Shown: positions 12,805-26,060 of the stretch, piece by piece | Layout of the letters: the number at the start of each line of letters is the position of its first letter | Position numbering within the stretch: the stretch's first letter is position 1 | Translations under genes and position numbers: made by a program | The notes under the pieces: model-generated | What the model was told of the DNA's origin: nothing | The model's database searches: none | The model's input: only the letters and a program-made list of their open reading frames with translations | Origin: Lama glama | Lineage: Eukaryota | NCBI GenBank assembly: GCA_028534125.1 | Contig: CM052816.1 | Location: 93,746,001-93,810,000 of the forward strand | Reading direction: 5' to 3' | Length of the DNA stretch: 64,000 bases

Positions 12805-14060
12805 ATCCAATTTATTCATTTATTTAGTACATTAGAAAATGTCTTATTGACTATCTGTCATTTGTAAACAGTGTGCTTAATCTTTGGGAATACAAAAATA
12901 AATAGCACACCATTCTTTGCCCAGAGAGATGCTGTTTAGAAAATGGAGAAACTGTAGCTAATGGAAACTGTGGGGCAAAAAAAGTATAAGGCTGTGCACC
13001 AAAAACTAGAGGAGTCAGGAAGACGGAGAATCTTTGGAGTAAGAAAAGAAGTCGTGGAAGTGAGGACATCTGAACCATCCAAATGATTGAACTGGGGAAT
13101 TTAGATGAGTAAAGATTGCAAGGATGCTTCAGGTGGACAAAACAAATAGCCTGGCTGCAAGAAGGAAGAACTTACAGAGGACATGTATGTGCCCTGGGCT
13201 TTATGTTGTAGAATGTTGATTCTCACACCTGAAAATGCATCAGAATCACATGAAAAGCTTGTAAAACAGAGACTCTGGACCCCATCCATAGGGTTTCAGA
13301 TTTGATGGCTCTGGGATGATGCTTGAGATTTTCATCTCAATTTCCCAGTTCATTGTGGTAATGCTGGTCTGCGGACTTCATTTTGAGATCCGTTGGTGTT
13401 CATTTACTTATTTATTTTTTTATTCAGTTCAGTCTGACAGTTCTGTAAAATGTGGATTTGAAGGGACAAGGGGGAGGCAGTGGTAAACTCAACCAGAATT
13501 GTTCAGGAGCATTTAGAAGAGCCTGAGTGGTATCAGGAAACATGGAGGTGGTAGAATGGACTTAGAAGTGGAGGCTATTAGCAAAAAGAGTTTCAGTTGG
13601 TAAGAAAGTAAGGTGGGAGAGAAATCTAGGACAACTTCCAAGCTTCTGGGGTTTATGTGTGGATGATTGTGCCACATACTGAAAAAATGAAATAAAGGCA
13701 GACAGACATGTTTCAGAGAGAAGATGGTAATTTCAAGCATATATGGATTTATACAGAAATACGTAAGGATATTCTCGGTACCCATGTCCTTCAGGCAGCT
13801 GGATATTAAATATTAAAATTCATGGACACCATGGGAGAAAATTACACATTTTGGAGTGATCGATAAAGATGGTAATTAATATTGACCTTTTTGGAGAGGA
13901 ATGGAGAAATATGTTTAAAGAATTACCATGAAAGGGAAACTGGAGGGAGGCAGAGAAGGCCAGGAAACTAATGAATATCATAGAAGCCAAATGAGTGAGC
14001 AACTCCAAAATGGAAAGAGTTGTTTCAAAGTGTAAGCATACTGTGGTCATTGCTCAAATT
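12805..14060 (-). mobile_element. L2 LINE fragment(s)
   Basis: Antisense L2 3' end (ttattcatttatttagtacattagaaaatgtcttattgactatc...gtgcttaatctttgggaatacaaa) followed by a purine-rich antisense L2 body. Confidence 0.7.
13212..13397. mobile_element. MER5A-like hAT-Charlie MITE inserted in L2
   Basis: tgcatcagaatcacatgaaaagcttgtaaaacagagactctggacccc...ggtttcagatt...atgctggtctgcggacttcattttgag. Confidence 0.85.
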
Positions 14061-15599
14061 GTTTAAAAATTTCTGAGGAAAGAAGAGGGAGAAGCTGGGA
14101 TTTGGAAATAAGGAAAAAGAAAGAATTGGGAGAATCTATTAAAAGCTTATGACTGTTAATGAAAGCAGAAGACAGGACAGAGATATTTTTCAAAGACACA
14201 GAATTGTTCTTTAAAATACTAAGTGTTCTCTCTACACTTTATAAGCATAAATAACCAGTATGATAATTGTTCAAAGACCTGTCCTTACGCAGGGACATAC
14301 TGAGAACCAGGCCCAACACCCTGCACTCCGTAGTGCATGGATTTCTCTGTGTCTGGTGAATTTGCATGAGAAATACTTGCAACAATCAGCCTTCTGAGAA
14401 GCTCGAGTACATATGTTGTAAATGCCAAACATCAGGGTAATTTCAGTGTAGTCTGCAATAGATTACTCTTGAATTTCATCCAATTAAGTTAGAACTAAAT
14501 TGGTTTCTTTCTGCTTTAAGATTCTTCGGGAGTCAGGCTATGGGAATTTTGATGGTGTTCTTTACATGTTTCTACTTTACCTCCCGGAAGCTGATACGTC
14601 AAGATGCTTTGCTTCTCTTAAAATTGAAAAAGATACGTATTTCCTACATTTGATTATGGCACTTTGCTCACCCCACTTTAGCTCACTTGTGCAAAATTGA
14701 GCAGGATGACACGGAGACCAGAAAGAGATAACTCAAAATTGTATTTATTTTTGTATATCTTTGGTGGCTCTAGTGAAGCAAAATTAGCCATTTCCACCAC
14801 TTGATTTCTTTGTGTTACTTTGTAGTCACTTTTATTGTTGCCAAAATCCTCAAGATGCTAAAGACTTCACTAATTTTCAAGAGTCCAATCTGCACTTATG
14901 TTTTACTGCCACCAGGTGTTACAGATGCAAGTGTTTTGCTAACTCTGTCTAATAACCTGGAGACACCGGGATTTGCTTGGCTCAGGTGCACAGAGATGAT
15001 ATTATTCAGGGATAAAAACAGCTAAACCCTATGAAGTTTATGTAGAAATTAATAAGTAAGGTATGAAAGATACATATAAATTACTCAGACTATCAATTCA
15101 CAACACAGGAAAAGCATGACAATTTAATAACAGCTCTTTTCTAATTAAAAGACCTTTTATTACAGTTCTTAAATGTTATCACATGCAATATGTTTTTATT
15201 TTCCAATGGAAAAGTACTGTGAAGACAACTCAATAAAAAATAAATAACTGTTCAACAAAATATAAATATATTTCTAATTTGTATGTAATTAATGTGCATT
15301 GGGTTACATTTGAGCTGCTTCTATTTAAAGTTTCTTTTATATTTAAAAAGAACAACATCCTTTACTCTTGGCTGAGTGACTCACAAGTCATTGTAGACAG
15401 GTTATTTTAATGATAAAAGATAGTTGATTTTAAGGAAATTTATACTTTGTATGAGTCTGTGAAAATATCAATAGAGGCAATACTAATAAAACTTCAAGCG
15501 TAAAATATACTTAGAACAATGAAGAACCAAAACCAAAGATTGACTCACATTCATTAGACTGATTAAATTTTTATTATCTTCTTACACTTTGAGTCCTGG

Positions 15600-16205
15600 T
15601 CTACACAGTGCTCCAATACATAGACGGTAAACTTGGACTCCTTGTGTGGGGTACTCAGGATTCAGCGGTAAAAATGAAACCTTTGTCTTTTCCACGATAT
15701 TTTCATGACATCTGCGGTCTAGTAAGGAAAGACAGATAAGTAAATGTTTAATTATCACACAGTATGATGCGTTTTCTGTTAGGAATAATCATGGGAGGGA
15801 GGGCTTAGCCCCACAGATTAGACAGTCTATGTGCTGTCTCACACTCCCAGGATGAAAAAGCCTTTCTGAACATGATGACTAACCACATTCTGTTCTAGTC
15901 TAATGCTGAGTTCAGAGGATGATAAAATAAGGGTGGACAGTGCAGGTTGATCAGGTCCTTCTTGAAAGTTGGAGAAACAAGGCTTTGGCTTGTCTAGATG
16001 GTCTCCATGGAATCTGAGCAACTTCTAAAACAGAAGATTCAGCTTGGTGTCTGGAACATATTCACTTGTCGTTGGAAGAGAAATCGTTCTTTCAGACCAG
16101 CTCATTCATTTCCCAGATAAGGGAGCGGATTCAATGAAAGGGGAGATTCAGGACTCAAACTCTGATCTTTTCATCCCAAACACACTGCTTTTTTCCCCCC
16201 ACTTC
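15600..16205 (-). mobile_element. L2 and MIR-like fragments
   Basis: ggtactcaggattcagcggtaaaa...tctagtaaggaaagacagataagtaaatg (L2-like); tcatttcccagataaggg...ggactcaaactctga (MIR-like). Confidence 0.5.
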
Positions 16206-17393
16206 ATAATTCTGCCCTCACCTTTCAGATTATCTTGAGAAGAAAATATTTCCAATCTTGTGAAGAAGTTTAGTGTCTTACATTAATCATAATAAAAGAA
16301 AAAATATATTTCATTCATGTCCATCCTACGGAAATAGGTTGTCACAACACAGCACTCTTAGCGATCATAAAAGTGTCAATCTGAGTTCCAGGAGGAGGAC
16401 TTTTTTCTGTAATACTCACTTTAAACACCTTTGTATACATTGTTTAAAAATGAAATGAAGCAGAAAATTCTTTATGAGTAGCTACTACCAGTGCTTAGAA
16501 TGTTACCTTATTCAAAATGAAATCATAAGTGTTCAGAATGTGCACTGTTTATATTGTTAACATAAACTTTTTTGTACCTAAGATGCGAATTTTCCTTCTT
16601 TGCTTATTACTTTGTCAAATGTCTTAACAACGGGATCTATTCGATATGTCTGTTCTTGTAGTCATAGAAACATGTTACATTATTCATTTTGTTGTCTTAA
16701 AACTTTTTTCTCTCTTCTCCACGTAACAAAAAGACAAGTAAATAAGTGACCTCAATTTATCATAAACACAGATTTCTTTTTATATTCTTTTCTGGCGTAA
16801 TCTTCTTGCAAGTATTTTCTTGAAAAAAATAAATGTGCATGGAATACATCTATTGAGTTATTAAAATTACTGAAAGCAATATAATTTCAAAAACATGAAA
16901 CTGTTTTTCAGACATGTTATATTTTTCCCCTTGAGCTATTCTACCAAATAAGAATAAATATTAAATCTCTGCACGCAGGGCTGGAAACTATTTGGAAATC
17001 AACTTCCATATGTTCATCTGATTTTGCTTACAATCTGGTGACCTTGATGTGACTGGCACCTGCCATCTGGGTAAAGTCATGGCTGCCTGTTAAATGATGG
17101 ACATCTCATTGAATATGGAAATATCAAAACAGCGAATATAAGTGTTAATACAGAGCCTCATGATTATGAATAATGAGCTATATAGAAATGGGTGTGGGGA
17201 GATCTTTTAAGTGCTGTATTGAGCCGCTGATGATAACCAGTCATGATGATTCTTTTAGAGAGAAGTAAATGACATTTAATAATATCTCAGAAAATAAGAT
17301 TATAAGAACCTACTACCCAACAATCTCCAAAAGATGTGGTCCTCTTATTTTATATAACAGAGGGGAGTCATTTCAAGATTCTAATGTGTTCTG

Positions 17394-17473
17394 CTTTTTA
17401 TGGAGGTACAGGGGACTGAACCTAGGTCCTCTAGCATGCTAAGCATGTACCACCACTGAGCTATTGCCCTCCC
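17394..17473 (-). mobile_element. tRNA-Ala-derived camelid SINE (vic-1-like)
   Basis: Reverse complement reads gggagggcaatagctcagtggtggtacatgcttagcatgctagaggacctaggttcagtcccctgtacctccataaaaa, with A/B boxes and an A tail; gtgttctg flanks both sides (17386-17393, 17480-17487). Confidence 0.85.
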
Positions 17474-19461
17474 ACAAAAGTGTTCTGTTCTAATTGCTCA
17501 CCAGATAAATTCCTCATTAGTGCGTGTTCTTGTAACATTTTCCAGGGTCAATGAGCACGTAGTGAGGACTTACTCTTGAAGTCAATTACTATCGCCAAAT
17601 TCCTATTGGATTAAGTGACCTCCCAGGGATGGAGTTCTCTGTGTTGGAAATTTGATTTCCTTAAGCCAGAATTTAATGCTAAAGAGATTTATAAACAGCT
17701 ATTGGTCTTTTGTTTGTGTAACTAAAGCACAAGAAAGTATCTAAATATTGAACAACCTTGTTCCCTTTGTGGAATTTTGTTGACTGAGAGAGATAAAAAT
17801 TTGCTTCCAGCCAGAATTCTTAAAGGTTAAGTGGAGTCTATATTCTACCCATTTTTTTTAATGAACTACAGAAGAAAATTAATGTATACCCAATTCAGTT
17901 TACTTTGCACAGTCCTCTTGTAAATAAAAGTATCTGTATTCCAGCCATTGTTTATTAAGTTCCTATAGTGTTCAGTGCACCATCTATGTGATGGGTGATG
18001 CAAAGATGATGATGACATAACATGTGTTCTAAACTAAAACTAAAATATCATATTAACTTGGAAACAGCATTTAAATAATATATGTATAATAATCACAATA
18101 CTATTTTAGATCTCTTCCAAAACAGAAACACCATACATTAGCTTTCTTTTGCCAAGTAAATTACAGAATATGCTGTATTTTTATCAATATTTGTTATTTC
18201 TCTAAATTTAATTATTTCACCAATATGATTTGAACATTTATGAGAAACAAGACCCTGAAAGAATCATGCTGGGCTTAGAAAGACGTTTTAATAAATAATG
18301 GCTTATTCAGGGCACTTGTAATCTTTTAAGGAATTTAAGCCTCTTAAACATTAAATCCTTTGAAAAAGCTCTTGGCTCACAAGAGCATTGGGTGTTGTGC
18401 TGAGATTCGCTGTGACCTGATGAAGTGAATGTGTCAAACTGTCTTCCCTTCTAGATTTTAAACCAATTGAGAAGTAGAGGACATAAGAAAGATATCAACA
18501 AATAATACCTTTATTACCAGTACAACAGACTAGAAAATACTGATTGGACCAGAAAAGAGGGTGAATTTCCTATCTTTTTTCCCCTGAATTGAATTCAGTT
18601 CCAGCAGCTCATGTCTTAGTGACCTTAACTCGAGGGAGAGAAGAGAAGATAGGTAGTCAGAGGGAGGGAAGATGGGAAGGAAAGCACATTCTGACCTAGT
18701 CTTGGGCAAAGCACATCTACTTCCTGCAGGTGGGCGGAAAGGAAATAACGTCCTGACAATAGAATTGGATGGGAAGGAGAATCTTCTCTTAAAAAATAGT
18801 CTACACCACTAAAGAAAGACAAATTAGAAAACCCAAAGCAAATATCAAAATCTGTAGGAATAAAACAAGAAGCAGGAATTAGAAAGACAATATTATGATT
18901 GTTACTTGTGACTACTACAACTGTAATGAAGTAAGTCTAACATTAGGAAAAGAATGGCAGAATACACTCTGAGAGTAACCAAGAGTGTGATTTCTCTGCA
19001 TTCTAAGTACATGCTCTGAGAATATAATGAATCCTTTAATTTAAAAGTCTTTCAACAATACTGAGTAATCCAGTTACCTAGAGGTATAAATGCTTTCTTA
19101 AAATGCCAATTGGTAGGGACATTGCCAGAAAAAAGAATAGCTATTTTTAGCTATTTTAAAAAATACATAAGATCTATTTTAAAAAATACAAATTACAATC
19201 ATATAACTTTACAGCTAGAACTGACCACAAACCCACATATCTAACTTAATTCTTCTCTTTATTTAAAAAAAAGTGTAATATTAAAAAAAAAAATTACCTG
19301 AAGAGGTTGAGTTACCCAAAATCTTACAGCTAAGCTGGTAGAAAATTTGGATCAAGCCCTGTTAAATATCTTTTAGATAACACTGGATATTTAACTTTTA
19401 AAACTGTTATGATAATTGAAGCTATTATGAAAAGTATGTATATATGTATATGAAAAAATTG

Positions 19462-19610
19462 AAAAATAAAGGGAAAAAAGGGATAGAAAGAAGAAAAAAG
19501 AAAGAAGGAAGAAAGGGAAAAATGGAGAGAGAAAGAGATAAGAAAGAAAGGAGGGAGGGAGGAGGAAAGGAAGGAAAAAGAAAAAGAGACAGTGAAAGGG
19601 AGAGAGAGAT
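19462..19610. repeat. GA-rich low-complexity polypurine tract
   Basis: About 150 bp almost entirely G/A. Confidence 0.9.
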
Positions 19611-22600
19611 ACCTAACGGCATATGAATTGTAGAAAAGATAAAATATAAATGACTTTTTTAAAGGGAAAAATAATACTATAAAATCGCTTCTACAACTGC
19701 ATACATCAAATGATTATTTTTCCATGGCTGTGTCTACCAGTGATCTCAGTGAGATGTAATTCTAGGATAGCCAAGGATGAAGTTCATGTCTAAAAGAACT
19801 GAGATTACTGATTTGTATGCAGTATCTGAGCTCAAGAAACCCTGAGTTACATGCTGGAAAGAAAGTATCAAAATCTGTTTGACTTATGAAGCCTAAGGTG
19901 CCCTGAACACTTGCTATGCTACCTCGGCAGAGACGACTTATGTTGATATCTAGAACATAAAGGAACTGCTTCTTCAGCGACCGAGAAGGTAATAGAATCC
20001 CGATGTTATAATTTCTTAGTGGTGTGATCTTTTTGGACATGTCACTCAAAGGTTGACCTAATAATGCTTTGTCTTTCAATGGAGAGTAGTATAATACTTA
20101 ACACAAAGTTGCTGTGATAATCAAACAGGAAAATATGTGGGTAACATGGGAAAAGTGGAGATAAATGAATACACAAGAGTTCAGTGAAGAGAGATGAGCT
20201 TGTAAGGGGAGTCTGATCTAACTTCTGTGGGATGGGGTATGTCTTCATGAGAGACTTGATTTATTACCAACAGAGCAACTAATGTTCACTTAAGATTTTT
20301 ACTTACAGAAAGTAAAATTATTTTGTCTGTTTTAGAAAGGTCTTCTGTTTTCAATGTGTTGAATATTAGTGAAAGCTAAAATAGAGAAAAACCAGGTAAG
20401 AGGTGATTACAGATATTTGGTGTCAATATTAGGTCTGTCTCAGTTTTAGATTATATTTTGATTCATAGATATTTTCCAGTGTTTTTTTGTGTGTGATATT
20501 TGTTAAAAGAAGTAAAAAATATATAGGAAATTAAACGCTGAATGTCATGACCACAGCATGACAATTGGTTATTGATTTTGTGCTGCATCATTCTAGTAAT
20601 AATACAAAAGAAAAGAGAGAAGCCACTGATAGGAAAAAAAAAAAAAGAAGTAAAATCATTTCGACAATTTCATACTATATACTTTGGAATAGACTCTATT
20701 TTCTGTCATGAAAAATAAGCACTTTAATTTAAAATTCTAACTAAAACAGTCAACCATACATATCAATGTTTACCATAAAAATAAAGGTAAATGCTTTGCA
20801 AAATTTAATACTTATTAAACTTAAAATATCATATATTAATTATCTGGTTTAAACACAGGAGAATTGCTCAAGAATAAGTTGATTATAGTCTAAAAGATAA
20901 AGTGTCTTTTTAGTAGGAGAATCAGAAAAGAGACATCTGATTATGTTTATTGGAGATAAATTATGTTAAAGGTAAAAATATCACCTCGTAGTTTCAGAGC
21001 AAGCTCGTCAGGGACAAGAAACTGATAAAATATTTTTATTCCCTTTGGGGACTCACCCAAATGGAGTTTTGTTGCAGAAAAGATAATGAACTATAAATTA
21101 AGTTGCAGAATGTATCACCGAAAATCAGTGTTTCATGCCACATCTGCTGTACTATAATCCTGCTAGCCTGCTGACACTGAAGCTGAAGGGAAATAAACAT
21201 GCTCTGAGGTATTTGGTAAGTGTCTGCATATAGTTTTTCCTAAAAAAAAAATTTGAGGCAACTCTTTAGATGAAGTGATGGTTTGGTCTGTAAAAACTGA
21301 ACTTTATTGTTTTGTTACAGGATTTTAAAATGTAATCTACTGGCACTCATATCGATAGTAAGATTCACTATTATGAAGTCCAGTCTCAAAGAGCCTACTC
21401 CCTTTGACTTTGTAATCTTCAACCTAATTAGAGTTAGAAAATTTTAATTGAGGTTTGCATCAATTAAAAACACTAACTAAGCAGCTGGAATTCTCTGAGG
21501 CCCACTGCAAGCAAACCTGACGTTCTTTCACAAAGCAGGTGACTTCTAACTAGACTAACTTAAGAGGTTAGTGCCCTGTCTTTCCTTTTCCCGATTGCTA
21601 ATTCTCATACTCAGGTAACTGACAGCAAAAAACAAAACGGTCCTCAAGTCTCAATCTAACCTGAATTTAGCTATGTTCCTCGTCTAAATCCAATCTTAAA
21701 AAGCAAACAAACAAAAACTTTATTGTGGCATGGTTCCTGTACAATAAACTACACGTATTTCAGATGCATAATTTGATGCACTTTGATAGATACATACTTG
21801 AAAATCCCACAGCTGAATAGTAAGTATACTCACATTGTCAATGATTTCATCACTTAGTCTTGTTTGCATTTTGTATTTACTTTGTATAATTAGACATTTT
21901 AACTTCTGTTCCAATTAATTAAAAAATGATTCTACTCAAAAAATCTTACACAATAATCCTTAACACTCAGGGAATTCCCTTGTCACAGATTGTTTTCCAA
22001 TATTTATTTATGTTTCTTTTATCCCATAGACATGTGGTGCCAGTAGGCATGCACGGAAGTTCTCATGCAGCCGTTGGGAATACACGGAAAAAGGTGAGAA
22101 TGGGATAAAATTAAAAAGTCGACAAAAAAAGTGACAAAGGGGTGTAGATAATTTGCGAGACAGCCTTGAGAAAAATAAATAGGAAGGTTAGACTCAGGAT
22201 TTGAATTGTTCCTTGTAGATAGCTGTGAAAGATAAATAGACAAAAAAAAAAAGTGTGTTTGAGATGGGTTGACTCTTAATTTGTAGATAAAAGCATCTTG
22301 GGTAAAGTGATGTGTACAGACACACACACATAACTGAACACTGTATACAAGTATAGATTTGATAATGGCTGAGCTGGATAATTAATCAATCATTTTGTAT
22401 TTCACATATCTGGGGAGTCCACAGATCACCAAGCGACATGGAACACTGAACATGGAAGTCTGGAAATTCTTGGACTTGCAAACTGACTATGAAATTAGCC
22501 AAACATAATCACCAACACATACCCCCATGCACTTCCTTCCCCAGGCACTTGCGTGTATCTTTAATAAACTAGTTGGAATTAATTACAAACATTTGTGAAG

Positions 22601-23269
22601 TTAGTGAATTTAAGTAACTTAAATTTTAGTAAACATTCAGGGACACACACTGCCATTACATGGAGGGAAGTGACAGCCAGCACATTCAATCTATGACCAG
22701 GCTACTGGTGGCAGAGTCATGGGTGACAACTCTGAGCTGCTTCCCCTGTGGGGACATGTTTCTATATTATTTTTTATGATAGTGAAAGAAAACTCAGTTC
22801 CCCACTCCACCAAAGCAGGATTTCAGGGCCTCAATGGCTTTAAGTTCTTCCTAACCTAACCTCCCAGTACTTATTTTGAGGGTTCCTAAGTATGTTTTTT
22901 TATTGGTTATAATTTCTTAGTTATAATCTGTGACAATATTTCTCTCTTGTCAGTCATTTAAGCTCCAGATTTCACCTTCCCCCATTTCACCTCCACTCCC
23001 AGCTTGAACAGCAGAGGAAGCTCTATTAATAGTTAGACTAGACTCATCCTGTGAGTCTCACCCATCTTCCTGAGCGATCAGGAGGGTATTACAAGGCTAG
23101 ATAACGCCAAAACACAGCTTCTCAAAACGGTGCCCCCAGAACAGGGGCAGATTCAATCACAGCTTGACGTCTTGCAGCAAAAAGAGAAGAGAAAACTCAG
23201 ATGTGAATCTCTCCACCATATATATGTAAAACTTGTCCCCTCTCTCTACTTTTATTGTTTTTAGTTAGC

Positions 23270-25560
23270 TGGACCAACACAACTGCACCCCAGCAGTCAG
23301 CATAGGAGCCTATATAAATCAGGTGACAAACAGTCTTTTTGCCCAAGTAGGAGTTGGCCCAGTGAATCTGGTATCAAGCTCACTCATTCCCTCAATTCTC
23401 GTATCTATGGTTAAAACAAAACACTTTCAACATTATAGCATAGATCTCATACTGTTTTTTCACCCAGGGAGTTACAGTTGTCATGGTAGAAAGGACAAAT
23501 AGCAGACCAGGCTCTTATTAAAATAGTAAACTGAAACCCGTATCACTTTTAGAGGAATTACAGAGTTTGCACGTTGTCAGATACTTGGAAAATGCAAGGC
23601 TGAAAATGACTATCACATCACAATTTGACGAACATATTCGATAAACTCTAGGAAATGAGAGTAGACTATTATAAACCCAATCATTATTGGCCATAATTGT
23701 AAATATTGTTCATGATGTGATCTTCTTCTGAAGCAAATCAAAAGAGAGTTTGATACTTGCATGCCTTCCGAGGGCCTTATTTTTCTCTACATTTGTTAGC
23801 AAAGACCACAAACGAACGTTTGACTTAACCTAACAGACACAGCAGTAATCTTTCTTACATCAAGGATAAACCAAGTCTTGAACCCTCTGTAGTAATCTGG
23901 TTTGCAGGAGTTTTGATTATCTTACTACATATGGTATCACTGCAGTCCTCTGTATGAATGGTATCATTCTGTTGGACTTCATGAACAGGAAGTAGAACAA
24001 ACATACTCTAGATACATTGGAATAACGTTTATGTGCCAGTCAGTAGAATAAACATGTGACGTCAAGGAATGCCCCACCTGGATCATGTTTTAGGGATCAT
24101 AAGCTCTGAAATGTCTTGAGACTTCAAGGTGAAGTACAAATACTATCCGACCACTAAAAGAGGTACAAATCCTAATGAGTCTCTCTGAATTCTGGAGGAA
24201 TAGATCACATTTGGGCATACTTCAGAAGTTCTTGTTTGTTGTTTTGTTTTGTTTTCCAAGTTACCCATAAGGTTGCCTTTTTGAGTGAGGCCAAGAGGAG
24301 GAAAAGATTCTTCAACAGACTTATGGAGCAGGAAAGTATGAAGCTCTGGAAGACTGCCCTAGGAGAATTATGGCAGAGATGCCTAAGATTTTGGATAAGG
24401 AAAAGGCTACTTTTGTAGTTAACTATTCATGTTTTGGGGCAAATACAACAAAAAGCAAAGACATTTTCTGTCTTGCTGTATACATCTGAGGCATTACCAT
24501 GAGAAATCCTGAGATCTGAGCTCTCTATTATTACCTAGATACGATTTGACTGACCTAGCTATCCAGGTGGGTGGTCCCAGAAAAATTCCATCCTTAAGTG
24601 AAATTGGCATGTGTGACGTAGCTTTTGAGTAAGTTCTGGAGGCAAAAGGAAGTAGCAAGTGCAAGGGAGTTGGACTCCCATGACTTTGAGAGCTACTCTG
24701 TTGATATCTCTCCTTTAACCCTCACTCCTGGCCTTAGGAGAGTTCCCTATTGTCAGTGCGTTGACGAAATAGAAGAAAACCATGTGGCTGGTTTACTGAC
24801 GCAAATATCACCCCAAATTGGAAGGCTGCAGCGTAACAGCTTCATACAAGCACTTCCCAGATGTACGGTGAGGAAAACAACCTCAGCTGCGTCCATTATA
24901 AATTGCGCATCTGATTATTCACTTTGCCTCAAAGGAGAGGTGGCAGCAGTCGTTTCTGGCACTAGTTGGTTCAATAATCTGGGCTCAAGAAAGGACAAGA
25001 CAAAGGACACTGGTAACACGGAAGCCTGGGAATAATGTGTGTGGATGAGCGTCTCAGCATGAGTGAAGGTAAGAGGGCATTTTTGTCCTGTGTCAGTTTC
25101 ATTATGGTGTTTATTTCCATAAATGTTCTCCATAATTAGAAATTCAAAATGACCTATTCTATGGGGATAAGGTAGTCTTACCCCAGTCACTCTGTTTTTG
25201 CCTGAAAACACACATGCAGTGGCTGAGAAGGCAGATATGCAGGTAACGCATGGAGACAGCAACAGCTGACCTGTCCACACACAGCAGAGACTGACCCCGA
25301 CCCCTGAGCAGGGCATCGTGCTTCAGAGGACTAGCCAGCCTTCTGGTGGCCGATCAATCACGTTGGGCTCCTTCATATTGGAAGGATAGCAATTCATTTC
25401 TGCTGGAAAGCTTATTTGCTCTTAGTATAGATTAGCCTTTCTGCCTTTCCGTTCTTTTGTCAGCACACTTCTCCATGAACTAAAAGAATGTCTAATTCAT
25501 TGCTTTGTTTTTCCACACCAGGGAACGTATTTTCCTGGAAAGTGTGGTCGCATCATTCAT
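23270..25560 (+). mobile_element. Decayed ERV-L internal pro-pol segment (protease, RT, RNase H, integrase N-part)
   Basis: Colinear similarity to the recalled HERV-L/ERVL pol: gtcatggtagaaaggacaaat...aaaatagtaaactgaaac (pro/RT); RT YIDD position now tgtatgaatggt at 23951-23962; ORF 24236 peptide WKTALGELWQRCLRFWIRK ~ WQAPIGESQRRPLGFWSK; ggagagttccctattgtcag...ggtttactgac (RNase H); cagcagagactgacc...ctggtggccgatcaatcacgttggg (integrase). Many stops and indels. Confidence 0.85.
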
Positions 25561-25954
25561 TCTTTTTCTCCATATATTAAAAATACTTTAGATTGAGTCT
25601 TATGACTATATGTGTTTCTCTCTCTCTCTGAGTTTTGACCTTAGCCAGCCATAGAAGACTCTGATTATGAGCATAACAAGATTAAGTCTGAGTCTCTCTC
25701 TATCTACATTATTCACCTTCTAAATTCCGTGGAACTTACAGCTGTTCAGTTAGACTGTCTTTAGGGAGAGTTTGGTTAGTTAACAATCTGGTACCAGAGT
25801 AGATAAAAGATAAAAATCAGTTTTAATTGCCATTTTCTGGCTAATAAACAAAGTGACCATGAGAAATTGTGGTTCATAATATATTGACTCAGTCAGTTCC
25901 TCTATTAAGACTTTCTAAAATGTTTAACCTTCAACCTTTCCCAAATACAAAGGT

Positions 25955-26060
25955 CTAGAGTAGGAACACGATGACTTGGGTAGAGCTTCTGCCAAGTTTG
26001 AATTGTATTATCTAAATCTCTATGACCCTCAGCATTCTCCCGTCTAAAACAGAGCTATCA
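25955..26060 (+). mobile_element. MIR fragment
   Basis: tctctatgaccctcagcattctcccgtctaaaacagag resembles the MIR core. Confidence 0.5.

Noticed and set aside
19151..19190. 17-bp direct repeat ctattttaaaaaataca
   Set aside because: Ordinary slippage duplication in AT-rich DNA.
19425..19626. K/E/R-rich and F/S/L-rich ORFs
   Set aside because: Translation of a GA-rich low-complexity tract.
24625..25316. 136-aa (+) and 133-aa (-) ORFs as novel genes
   Set aside because: They overlap decayed ERV-L pol, retain only scraps of pol similarity and have no intact catalytic motifs.
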